Of a DNA stretch of 64,000 bases, positions 14,656-28,300 are shown in pieces. Location: positions 396,056,001 through 396,120,000 of the forward strand of contig OZ024741.1 in NCBI GenBank assembly GCA_964016885.1, given 5' to 3'. The notes below the pieces were generated by a model that worked only from the letters and a program-made list of their open reading frames with translations, had not been told where the DNA came from and did not search any database. Source of the DNA: Eledone cirrhosa. Taxonomy: Eukaryota. Each line of letters starts with the position of its first letter. Within the stretch, counting starts at the first letter, position 1. A program made the position numbers and the translations under genes.

Positions 14656-15299
14656 ATCAATCAGTCACACCACAAGGGTCAAATTCCTTCAATCAGTCAC
14701 ACCACAAGAGTCAAAGTGCCTCAATCAGTCACACCACAAGGGTCAAAGTGCATCAATCAGTCACACCACAAGGGTCAAAGTGCATCAATCAGTCACACCA
14801 CAAGGGTCAAAGTGTTTCAATCAGTCACACCACAAGGGTCAAAGTGCATCAATCAGTCACACCACAAGAGTCAAAGAGCATCAATCAGTCACACCACAAG
14901 GGTCAAAGTGCATCAATCAGTCACACCACAAGGGTCAAAGTGTATCAATCAGTCACACCACAAGGGTCAAAGTGCATCAATCAGTCACACCACAAGGGTC
15001 AAATTCCTTCAATCAGTCACACCACAAGAGTCAAAGTGCATCAATCAGTCACACCACAAGGGTCAAATTCCTTCAATCAGTCATACCACAAGAGTCAAAG
15101 TGCATCAATCAGTCACACCACAAGGGTCAAATTCCTTCAATCAGTCACACCACAAGAGTCAAAATGCATCAATCAGTCACACCACAAGAGTCAAAGTGCA
15201 TCAATCAGTCACACCACAAGGGTCAAAGTGCATCAATCAGCCACACCACAAGGGTCAAAGTGCATCAATCAGTCACACCACAAGAGTCAAAGTGCATCG

Positions 15300-17740
15300 A
15301 TCAGTCACACCACAAGAGTCAAAGTGCATCAATCAGTCACACCACAAGGGTCAAAGTGCATCAATCAGTCACACCACAAGGGTCAAATTCCTTCAATCAG
15401 TCACACCACAAGGGTCAAAGTGCATCAATCAGTCACACCACAAGGGTCAAATTCCTTCAATCAGTCACACCACAAGAGTCAAAGTGCATCAATCAGTCAC
15501 ACCACAAGGGTCAAAGTGCATCAATCAGTCACACCACAAGAGTCAAAGTGCATCAATCAGTCACACCACAAGGGTCAAATTCCTTCAATCAGTCACACCA
15601 CAAGAGTCAAAGTGCATCAATCAGTCACACCACAAGGGTCGAAGTGCATCAATCAGTCACACCACAAGGGTCAAAGTGTTTCAATCAGTCACACCACAAG
15701 GGTCAAAGTGCATCAATCAGTCACACCACAAGGGTCAAAGTGTTTCAATCAGTCACACCACAAGGGTCAAAGTGCATCAATCAGTCACACCACAAGAGTC
15801 AAAGTGCATCAATCAGTCACACCACAAGGGTCAAAGTGCATCAATCAGTCACACCACAAGGGTCAAAGTGTTTCAATCAGTCACACCACAAGGGTCAAAG
15901 TGCATCAATCAGTCACACCACAAGGGTCAAAGTGCATCAATCAGTCACACCACAAGGGTCAAAGTGCATCAATCAGTCACACCACAAGGGTCAAATTCCT
16001 TCAATCAGTCACACCACAAGGGTCAAAGTGTTTCAATCAGTCACACCACAAGGGTCAAAGTGCATCAATCAGTCACACCACAAGAGTCAAAGTGCTACAA
16101 TCAGTCACACCACAAGGGTCAAATTCCTTCAATCAGTCACACCACAAGGTTCAAAGTGCATCAATCAGTCACACCACAAGGGTCAAAGTGCATCAATCAG
16201 TCACACCACAAGGGTCAAATTCCTTCAATCAGTCACACCACAAGGGTCAAAGTGCATCAATCAGTCACACCACAAGGGTCAAATTCCTTCAATCAGTCAC
16301 ACCACAAGGGTCAAAGTGCATCAATCAGTCACATCACAAGGGTCAAAGTGCATCAATCAGTCACACCAGAAGGGTCAAAGTGCATCAATCAGTCACACCA
16401 CAAGGGTCAAAGTGCATCAATCAGTCACACCACAAGGGTCAAAGTACATCAATCAGTCACACCACAAGGGTCAAATTCCTTCAATCAGTCACACCACAAG
16501 AGTCAAAGTGCATCAATCAGTCACACCACAAGGGTCAAAGTGTTTCAATAAGTCACACCACAAGGGTCAAAGTGCATCAATCAGTCACACCACAAGGGTC
16601 AAAGTGCATCAATCAGTCACACCACAAGGGTCAAAGTGCATCAATCAGTCACACCACAAGGGTCAAAGTGCATCAATCAGTCACACCACAAGGGTCAAAG
16701 TGCTTCAATCAGTCACACCACAAGGGTGAAAGGACATCAATTGGTCACACCACAAGAGTCAAAGTGCATCAATCAGTCACACCACAAGGGTCAAAGTGCA
16801 TCAATCAGTCACACCACAAGGGTCAAAATGCTTCAATCAGTCACACCACAAGGGTCAAAGTGCATCAATCAGTAACACCACAAGAGTCAAAGAGCATCAA
16901 TCAGTCACACCACAAGGGTCAACGTGCATCAATCAGTCACACCACAAGGGTCAAAGTGCATCAATCAGTCACACCACAAGGGTCAAAGTGCATCAATCAG
17001 TCACACCACAAGGGTCAAAGTGCATCAATCAGTTACAACACAAGAGTCAATGTGCATCAATCAGTTACACCACAAGAGTCAAAGTGCATCAATCAGACAC
17101 ACCACAAGGGTCAAAGTGCATCAATCAGTTACACCACAAGAGTCAAAGTGCATCAATCAGTTACACCACAAGAGTCAAAGTGCATCAATCAGTGACACCA
17201 CAAGAGTCAAAGTGCATCAATCAGTCACACCGCAAGGGTCAAAGTGCATCAATCAGTCACACCACAAGGGTCAAAGTGCATCAATCAGTCACACCACAAG
17301 AGTCAAAGTGCATCAATCAGTCACACCACAAGGGTCAAAGTGCATCAATCAGTCACACCACAAGGGTCAAAGTGCATCAATCAGTCACACCACAAGGGTC
17401 AAAGTGCATCAATCAGTCACACCACAAGGGTCAAAGTGCATCAATCAGTCACACCACAAGAGTCAAAGTGCATCAATCAGTCACACCACAAGGGTCAAAT
17501 TCCTTCAATCAGTCACACCACAAGAGTCAAAGTGCATCAATCAGTCACACCACAAGGGTCAAATTCCTTCAATCAGTCACGCCACAAGAGTCAAAGTGCA
17601 TCAATCAGTCACACCACAAGGGTCAAATTCCTTCAATCAGTCACACCACAAGGGTTAAAGTGCATCAATCAGTCACACCACAAGAGTCAAAGTGCATCAA
17701 TCAGTCACACCACATGAGTCAAAGTGCATCAATCAGTCAC
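15300..17740 (+). repeat. Third, partial and more diverged copy of the 4064-bp block (offset 3840 bp, 120 monomers)
   Basis: GTCGAAG at about 11798/15638 and GGTGAAAGGA at 12885/16725. ORF pairs 12796/16636 and 13404/17244 are offset by 3840. Confidence 0.87.
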
Positions 17741-18199
17741 ACCACAAGGGTCAAAGTGCATCAATCAGTCACACCACAAGGGTCAAAGTGCATCAATCAG
17801 TCACACCACAAGGGTCAAATTCCTTCAATCAGTCACACCAAAAGAGTCAAAGTGCATCAATCAGTCACACCACAAGGGTCAAATTTCTTCAATCAGTCAC
17901 ACCACAAGAGTCAAAGTGCATCAATCAGTCACACCACAAGAGTCAAAGTGCATCAATCAGTCACACCACAAGGGTCAAATTCCTTCAATCAGTCACACCA
18001 CAAGAGTCAAAGTGCATCAATCAGTCACACCACAAGGGTCAAAGTGCATCAATCAGTCACACCACAAGGGTCAAAGTGCATCAATCAGTCACACCACAAG
18101 GGTCAAATTCCTTCAATCAGTCACACCACAAGGGTCAAAGTGCATCAATCAGTCACACCACAAGAGTCAAAGTGCATCAATCAGTCACACCACAAGGGT

Positions 18200-21100
18200 C
18201 AAATTCCTTCAATCAGTCACACCACAAGAGTCAAAGTGCATCAATCAGTCACACCACAAGGGTCAAAGTGCATCAATCAGTCACACCACAAGGGTCAAAG
18301 TGCATCAATCAGTCACACCACAAGGGTCAAAGTGCATCAATCAGTCACACCACAAGAGACAAATTGCATCAATCAGTCACACCACAAGGGTCAAAGTGCA
18401 TCAATCAGTCACACCACAAGGGTCAAAGTGCATCAATCAGTCACACCACAAGGGTCAAAGTGCATCAATCAGTCACACCACAAGGGTCAAATTCCTTCAA
18501 TCAGTCACACCACAAGAGTCAAAGTGCATCAATCAGTCACACCACAAGGGTCAAAGTAGATCAATCAGTCACACCACAAGGGTCAAATTCCTTCAATCAG
18601 TCACACCACAAGAGTCAAAGTGCATCAATCAGTCACACCACAAGGGTCAAATTCCTTCAATCAGTGACACCACAAGGGTCAAATTCCTTCAATCAGTCAC
18701 ACCACAAGAGTCAAATTCCTTCAATCAGTCACACCACAAGAGTCAAAGTGCATGAATCAGTCACAACACAAGGGTCAAAATGCATCAATCAGTCACACCA
18801 CCAGGGTCAAATTCCTTCAATAAGTCACAACACAAGAGTCAAAGTGCATCAATCAGTCACACCACAAGGGTCAAATTCCTTCAATCAGTCACACCACAAG
18901 AGTCAAAGTGCATCAATCAGTCACACCACAAGGGTCAAAATGCATCAATCAGTCACACCACAAGGGTCAAAGTGCATCAATCAGTCACACCACTAGGGTC
19001 AAAGTGCATCAATCAGTCACACCACAAGAGTCAAAGTGCATCAATCAGTCACACCACATGAGTCAAAGTGCATCAATCAGTCACACCACAAGGGTCAAAG
19101 TGCATCAATCAGTCACACCACAAGGGTCAAAGTGCATCAATCAGTCACACCACAAGGGTCAAATTCCTTCAATCAGTCACACCAAAAGAGTCAAAGTGCA
19201 TCAATCAGTCACACCACAAGGGTCAAATTTCTTCAATCAGTCACACCACAAGAGTCAAAGTGCATCAATCAGTCACACCACAAGAGTCAAAGTGCATCAA
19301 TCAGTCACACCACAAGGGTCAAATTCCTTCAATCAGTCACACCACAAGAGTCAAAGTGCATCAATCAGTCACACCACAAGGGTCAAAGTGCATCAATCAG
19401 TCACACCACAAGGGTCAAAGTGCATCAATCAGTCACACCACAAGGGTCAAATTCCTTCAATCAGTCACACCACAAGGGTCAAAGTGCATCAATCAGTCAC
19501 ACCACAAGAGTCAAAGTGCATCAATCAGTCACACCACAAGGGTCAAATTCCTTCAATCAGTCACACCACAAGAGTCAAAGTGCATCAATCAGTCACACCA
19601 CAAGGGTCAAAGTGCATCAATCAGTCACACCACAAGGGTCAAAGTGCATCAATCAGTCACACCACAAGGGTCAAAGTGCATCAATCAGTCACACCACAAG
19701 AGTCAAATTGCATCAATCAGTCACACCACAAGGGTCAAAGTGCATCAATCAGTCACACCACAAGGGTCAAAGTGCATCAATCAGTCACACCACAAGGGTC
19801 AAAGTGCATCAATCAGTCACACCACAAGGGTCAAATTCCTTCAATCAGTCACACCACAAGAGTCAAAGTGCATCAATCAGTCACACCACAAGGGTCAAAG
19901 TAGATCAATCAGTCACACCACAAGGGTCAAATTCCTTCAATCAGTCACACCACAAGAGTCAAAGTGCATCAATCAGTCACACCACAAGGGTCAAATTTCT
20001 TCAATCAGTCACACCACAAGAGTCAAAGTGCATCAATCAGTCACACCACAAGAGTCAAAGTGCATCAATCAGTCACACCACAAGGGTCAAATTCCTTCAA
20101 TCAGTCACACCACAAGGGTCAAAGTGCATCAATCAGTCACACCACAAGAGTCAAAGTGCATCAATCAGTCACACCACAAGGGTCAAAGTGTTTCAATCAG
20201 TCACACCACAAGAGTCAAATTCCTTCAATCAGTCACACCACAAGAGTCAAAGTGCATGAATCAGTCACACCACAAGGGTCAAAATGCATCAATCAGTCAC
20301 ACCACAAGGGTCAAATTCCTTCAATCAGTCACACCACAAGAGTCAAAGTGCATCAATCAGTCACACCACAAGGGTCAAATTCCTTCAATCAGTCACACCA
20401 CAAGAGTCAAAGTGCATCAATCAGTCACACCACAAGGGTCAAATTTCTTCAATCAGTCACACCACAAGAGTCAAAGTGCATCAATCAGTCACACCACAAG
20501 AGTCAAAGTGCATCAATCAGTCACACCACAAGGGTCAAATTCCTTCAATCAGTCACACCACAAGAGTCAAAGTGCATCAATCAGTCACACCACAAGGGTC
20601 AAAGTGCATCAATCAGTCACACCACAAGGGTCAAAGTGCATCAATCAGTCACACCACAAGGGTCAAATTCCTTCAATCAGTCACACCACAAGGGTCAAAG
20701 TGCATCAATCAGTCACACCACAAGAGTCAAAGTGCATCAATCAGTCACACCACAAGGGTCAAATTCCTTCAATCAGTCACACCACAAGAGTCAAAGTGCA
20801 TCAATCAGTCACACCACAAGGGTCAAAGTGCATCAATCAGTCACACCACAAGGGTCAAAGTGCATCAATCAGTCACACCACAAGGGTCAAAGTGCATCAA
20901 TCAGTCACACCACAAGAGACAAATTGCATCAATCAGTCACACCACAAGGGTCAAAGTGCATCAATCAGTCACACCACAAGGGTCAAAGTGCATCAATCAG
21001 TCACACCACAAGGGTCAAAGTGCATCAATCAGTCACACCACAAGGGTCAAATTCCTTCAATCAGTCACACCACAAGAGTCAAAGTGCATCAATCAGTCAC

Positions 21101-24100
21101 ACCACAAGGGTCAAAGTAGATCAATCAGTCACACCACAAGGGTCAAATTCCTTCAATCAGTCACACCACAAGAGTCAAAGTGCATCAATCAGTCACACCA
21201 CAAGGGTCAAATTCCTTCAATCAGTCACACCACAAGGGTCAAATTCCTTCAATCAGTCACACCACAAGAGTCAAATTCCTTCAATCAGTCACACCACAAG
21301 AGTCAAAGTGCATGAATCAGTCACACCACAAGGGTCAAAATGCATCAATCAGTCACACCACAAGGGTCAAATTCCTTCAATCAGTCACAACACAAGAGTC
21401 AAAGTGCATCAATCAGTCACACCACAAGGGTCAAATTCCTTCAATCAGTCACACCACAAGAGTCAAAGTGCATCAATCAGTCACACCACAAGGGTCAAAA
21501 TGCATCAATCAGTCACACCACAAGGGTCAAAGTGCATCAATCAGTCACACCACTAGGGTCAAAGTGCATCAATCAGTCACACCACAAGGGTCAAATTCCT
21601 TTAATCAGTCACACCACATGGGTCAAAGTGTTTCAATCAGTAACACCACAAGGGTCAAAGTGCATCAATCAGTCACACCACAAGAGTTAAAGTGCAACAA
21701 TCAGTCACACCACAAGGGTCAAAGTGCATCAATCAGTCACACCACAAGGGTCAAAATGCATCAATCAGTCACACCACAAGAGTCAAAGTGCATCAATCAG
21801 TCACACCACAAGGGTCAAAGTGCATCAATCAGTCACACCACAAGGGTCAAAGTGTTTCAATCAGTCACACCACAAGGGTCAAAGTGCATCAATCAATCAC
21901 ACCACAAGGGTCAAAGTGCATCAATCAGTCACACCACAAGGGTCAAAGTGCATCAATCAGTCACACCACAAGGGTCAAATTCCTTCAATCAGTCACACCA
22001 CAAGAGTCAAAGTGCATCAATCAGTCACACCACAAGGGTCAAATTTCTTCAATCAGTCACACCACAAGAGTCAAAGTGCATCAATCAGTCACACCACAAG
22101 AGTCAAAGTGCATCAATCAGTCACACCACAAGGGTCAAATTCCTTCAATCAGTCACACCACAAGAGTCAAAGTGCATCAATCAGTCACACCACAAGGGTC
22201 AAAGTGCATCAATCAGTCACACCACAAGGGTCAAAGTGCATCAATCAGTCACACCACAAGGGTCAAATTCCTTCAATCAGTCACACCACAAGGGTCAAAG
22301 TGCATCAATCAGTCACACCACAAGAGTCAAAGTGCATCAATCAGTCACACCACAAGGGTCAAATTCCTTCAATCAGTCACACCACAAGAGTCAAATTCCT
22401 TCAATCAGTCACACCACAAGAGTCAAAGTGCATGAATCAGTCACACCACAAGGGTCAAAATGCATCAATCAGTCACACCACAAGGGTCAAATTCCTTCAA
22501 TCAGTCACAACACAAGAGTCAAAGTGCATCAATCAGTCACACCACAAGGGTCAAATTCCTTCAATCAGTCACACCACAAGAGTCAAAGTGCATCAATCAG
22601 TCACACCACAAGGGTCAAATTTCTTCAATCAGTCACACCACAAGAGTCAAAGTGCATCAATCAGTCACACCACAAGAGTCAAAGTGCATCAATCAGTCAC
22701 ACCACAAGGGTCAAATTCCTTCAATCAGTCACACCACAAGAGTCAAAGTGCATCAATCAGTCACACCACAAGGGTCAAAGTGCATCAATCAGTCACACCA
22801 CAAGGGTCAAAGTGCATCAATCAGTCACACCACAAGGGTCAAATTCCTTCAATCAGTCACACCACAAGGGTCAAAGTGCATCAATCAGTCACACCACAAG
22901 AGTCAAAGTGCATCAATCAGTCACACCACAAGGGTCAAAGTGCATCAATCAGTCACACCACAAGGGTCAAAGTGCATCAATCAGTCACACCACAAGGGTC
23001 AAAGTGCATCAATCAGTCACACCACAAGAGACAAATTGCATCAATCAGTCACACCACAAGGGTCAAAGTGCATCAATCAGTCACACCACAAGGGTCAAAG
23101 TGCATCAATCAGTCACACCACAAGGGTCAAAGTGCATCAATCAGTCACACCACAAGGGTCAAATTCCTTCAATCAGTCACACCACAAGAGTCAAAGTGCA
23201 TCAATCAGTCACACCACAAGGGTCAAAGTAGATCAATCAGTCACACCACAAGGGTCAAATTCCTTCAATCAGTCACACCACAAGAGTCAAAGTGCATCAA
23301 TCAGTCACACCACAAGGGTCAAATTCCTTCAATCAGTCACACCACAAGGGTCAAATTCCTTCAATCAGTCACACCACAAGAGTCAAATTCCTTCAATCAG
23401 TCACACCACAAGAGTCAAAGTGCATGAATCAGTCACACCACAAGGGTCAAAATGCATCAATCAGTCACACCACAAGGGTCAAATTCCTTCAATCAGTCAC
23501 AACACAAGAGTCAAAGTGCATCAATCAGTCACACCACAAGGGTCAAATTCCTTCAATCAGTCACACCACAAGAGTCAAAGTGCATCAATCAGTCACACCA
23601 CAAGGGTCAAAATGCATCAATCAGTCACACCACAAGGGTCAAAGTGCATCAATCAGTCACACCACTAGGGTCAAAGTGCATCAATCAGTCACACCACAAG
23701 AGTCAAAGTGCATCAATCAGTCACACCACATGAGTCAAAGTGCATCAATCAGTCACACCACAAGGGTCAAAGTGCATCAATCAGTCACACCACAAGGGTC
23801 AAAGTGCATCAATCAGTCACACCACAAGGGTCAAATTCCTTCAATCAGTCACACCAAAAGAGTCAAAGTGCATCAATCAGTCACACCACAAGGGTCAAAT
23901 TTCTTCAATCAGTCACACCACAAGAGTCAAAGTGCATCAATCAGTCACACCACAAGAGTCAAAGTGCATCAATCAGTCACACCACAAGGGTCAAATTCCT
24001 TCAATCAGTCACACCACAAGAGTCAAAGTGCATCAATCAGTCACACCACAAGGGTCAAAGTGCATCAATCAGTCACACCACAAGGGTCAAAGTGCATCAA

Positions 24101-27100
24101 TCAGTCACACCACAAGGGTCAAATTCCTTCAATCAGTCACACCACAAGGGTCAAAGTGCATCAATCAGTCACACCACAAGAGTCAAAGTGCATCAATCAG
24201 TCACACCACAAGGGTCAAATTCCTTCAATCAGTCACACCACAAGAGTCAAAGTGCATCAATCAGTCACACCACAAGGGTCAAAGTGCATCAATCAGTCAC
24301 ACCACAAGGGTCAAAGTGCATCAATCAGTCACACCACAAGGGTCAAAGTGCATCAATCAGTCACACCACAAGAGTCAAATTGCATCAATCAGTCACACCA
24401 CAAGGGTCAAAGTGCATCAATCAGTCACACCACAAGGGTCAAAGTGCATCAATCAGTCACACCACAAGGGTCAAAGTGCATCAATCAGTCACACCACAAG
24501 GGTCAAATTCCTTCAATCAGTCACACCACAAGAGTCAAAGTGCATCAATCAGTCACACCACAAGGGTCAAAGTAGATCAATCAGTCACACCACAAGGGTC
24601 AAATTCCTTCAATCAGTCACACCACAAGAGTCAAAGTGCATCAATCAGTCACACCACAAGGGTCAAATTTCTTCAATCAGTCACACCACAAGAGTCAAAG
24701 TGCATCAATCAGTCACACCACAAGAGTCAAAGTGCATCAATCAGTCACACCACAAGGGTCAAATTCCTTCAATCAGTCACACCACAAGAGTCAAAGTGCA
24801 TCAATCAGTCACACCACAAGGGTCAAAGTGCATCAATCAGTCACACCACAAGGGTCAAAGTGCATCAATCAGTCACACCACAAGGGTCAAATTCCTTCAA
24901 TCAGTCACACCACAAGGGTCAAAGTGCATCAATCAGTCACACCACAAGAGTCAAAGTGCATCAATCAGTCACACCACAAGGGTCAAAGTGTTTCAATCAG
25001 TCACACCACAAGAGTCAAATTCCTTCAATCAGTCACACCACAAGAGTCAAAGTGCATGAATCAGTCACACCACAAGGGTCAAAATGCATCAATCAGTCAC
25101 ACCACAAGGGTCAAATTCCTTCAATCAGTCACACCACAAGAGTCAAAGTGCATCAATCAGTCACACCACAAGGGTCAAATTCCTTCAATCAGTCACACCA
25201 CAAGAGTCAAAGTGCATCAATCAGTCACACCACAAGGGTCAAATTTCTTCAATCAGTCACACCACAAGAGTCAAAGTGCATCAATCAGTCACACCACAAG
25301 AGTCAAAGTGCATCAATCAGTCACACCACAAGGGTCAAATTCCTTCAATCAGTCACACCACAAGAGTCAAAGTGCATCAATCAGTCACACCACAAGGGTC
25401 AAAGTGCATCAATCAGTCACACCACAAGGGTCAAAGTGCATCAATCAGTCACACCACAAGGGTCAAATTCCTTCAATCAGTCACACCACAAGGGTCAAAG
25501 TGCATCAATCAGTCACACCACAAGAGTCAAAGTGCATCAATCAGTCACACCACAAGGGTCAAATTCCTTCAATCAGTCACACCACAAGAGTCAAAGTGCA
25601 TCAATCAGTCACACCACAAGGGTCAAAGTGCATCAATCAGTCACACCACAAGGGTCAAAGTGCATCAATCAGTCACACCACAAGGGTCAAAGTGCATCAA
25701 TCAGTCACACCACAAGAGACAAATTGCATCAATCAGTCACACCACAAGGGTCAAAGTGCATCAATCAGTCACACCACAAGGGTCAAAGTGCATCAATCAG
25801 TCACACCACAAGGGTCAAAGTGCATCAATCAGTCACACCACAAGGGTCAAATTCCTTCAATCAGTCACACCACAAGAGTCAAAGTGCATCAATCAGTCAC
25901 ACCACAAGGGTCAAAGTAGATCAATCAGTCACACCACAAGGGTCAAATTCCTTCAATCAGTCACACCACAAGAGTCAAAGTGCATCAATCAGTCACACCA
26001 TAAGGGTCAAATTCCTTCAATCAGTCACACCACAAGGGTCAAATTCCTTCAATCAGTCACACCACAAGAGTCAAATTCCTTCAATCAGTCACACCACAAG
26101 AGTCAAAGTGCATGAATCAGTCACACCACAAGGGTCAAAATGCATCAATCAGTCACACCACAAGGGTCAAATTCCTTCAATCAGTCACAACACAAGAGTC
26201 AAAGTGCATCAATCAGTCACACCACAAGGGTCAAATTCCTTCAATCAGTCACACCACAAGAGTCAAAGTGCATCAATCAGTCACACCACAAGGGTCAAAG
26301 TGCATCAATCAGTCACACCACTAGGGTCAAAGTGCATCAATCAGTCACACCACAAGGGTCAAATTCCTTTAATCAGTCACACCACATGGGTCAAAGTGTT
26401 TCAATCAGTAACACCACAAGGGTCAAAGTGCATCAATCAGTCACACCACAAGAGTTAAAGTGCAACAATCAGTCACACCACAAGGGTCAAAGTGCATCAA
26501 TCAGTCACACCACAAGGGTCAAAATGCATCAATCAGTCACACCACAAGAGTCAAAGTGCATCAATCAGTCACACCACAAGGGTCAAAGTGCATCAATCAG
26601 TCACACCACAAGGGTCAAAGTGTTTCAATCAGTCACACCACAAGGGTCAAAGTGCATCAATCAATCACACCACAAGGGTCAAAGTGCATCAATCAGTCAC
26701 ACCACAAGGGTCAAAGTGCATCAATCAGTCACACCACAAGGGTCAAATTCCTTCAATCAGTCACACCACAAGAGTCAAAGTGCATCAATCAGTCACACCA
26801 CAAGGGTCAAATTTCTTCAATCAGTCACACCACAAGAGTCAAAGTGCATCAATCAGTCACACCACAAGAGTCAAAGTGCATCAATCAGTCACACCACAAG
26901 GGTCAAATTCCTTCAATCAGTCACACCACAAGAGTCAAAGTGCATCAATCAGTCACACCACAAGGGTCAAAGTGCATCAATCAGTCACACCACAAGGGTC
27001 AAAGTGCATCAATCAGTCACACCACAAGGGTCAAATTCCTTCAATCAGTCACACCACAAGGGTCAAAGTGCATCAATCAGTCACACCACAAGAGTCAAAG

Positions 27101-28300
27101 TGCATCAATCAGTCACACCACAAGGGTCAAATTCCTTCAATCAGTCACACCACAAGAGTCAAATTCCTTCAATCAGTCACACCACAAGAGTCAAAGTGCA
27201 TGAATCAGTCACACCACAAGGGTCAAAATGCATCAATCAGTCACACCACAAGGGTCAAATTCCTTCAATCAGTCACAACACAAGAGTCAAAGTGCATCAA
27301 TCAGTCACACCACAAGGGTCAAATTCCTTCAATCAGTCACACCACAAGAGTCAAAGTGCATCAATCAGTCACACCACAAGGGTCAAATTTCTTCAATTAG
27401 TCACACCACAAGAGTCAAAGTGCATCAATCAGTCACACCACAAGAGTCAAAGTGCATCAATCAGTCACACCACAAGGGTCAAATTCCTTCAATCAGTCAC
27501 ACCACAAGAGTCAAAGTGCATCAACCTGTCACACCACAAGGGTCAAAGTGCATCAATCAGTCACACCACAAGGGTCAAAGTGCATCAATCAGTCACACCA
27601 CAAGGGTCAAATTCCTTCAATCAGTCACACCACAATGGTCAAAGTGCATCAATCAGTCACACCACAAGAGTCAAAGTGCATCAATCAGTCACACCACAAG
27701 GGTCAAAGTGCATCAATCAGTCACACCACAAGGGTCAAAGTGCATCAATCAGTCACACCACAAGGGTCAAAGTGCATCAATCAGTCACACCACAAGGGTC
27801 AAAGTGCATCAATCAGTCACACCACAAGGGTCAAATTCCTTCAATCAGTCACACCACAAGAGTCAAAGTGCATCAATCAGTCACACCACAAGGGTCAAAG
27901 TAGATCAATCAGTCACACCACAAGGGTCAAATTCCTTCAATCAGTCACACCACAAGAGTCAAAGTGCATCAATCAGTCACACCACAAGGGTCAAATTCCT
28001 TCAATCAGTCACACCACAAGGGTCAAATTCCTTCAATCAGTCACACCACAAGAGTCAAATTCCTTCAATCAGTCACACCACAAGAGTCAAAGTGCATGAA
28101 TCAGTCACACCACAAGGGTCAAAATGCATCAATCAGTCACACCACAAGGGTCAAATTCCTTCAATCAGTCACAACACAAGAGTCAAAGTGCATCAATCAG
28201 TCACACCACAAGGGTCAAAATCCTTCAATCAGTCACACCACAAGAGTCAAAGTGCATCAATCAGTCACACCACAAGGGTCAAAGTGCATCAATCAGTCAC
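18200..28300 (+). repeat. About 4.7-kb tandem duplication (offsets 4672/4800/4768 bp) built from an irregular unit of about 1.3 kb
   Basis: Stop-creating markers pair up at 18559/23231, 18996/23668, 19903/24575 (4672), 20259/25059, 21119/25919 (4800), 21556/26324, 22435/27203 (4768) and 23231/27903 (4672). Confidence 0.85.
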
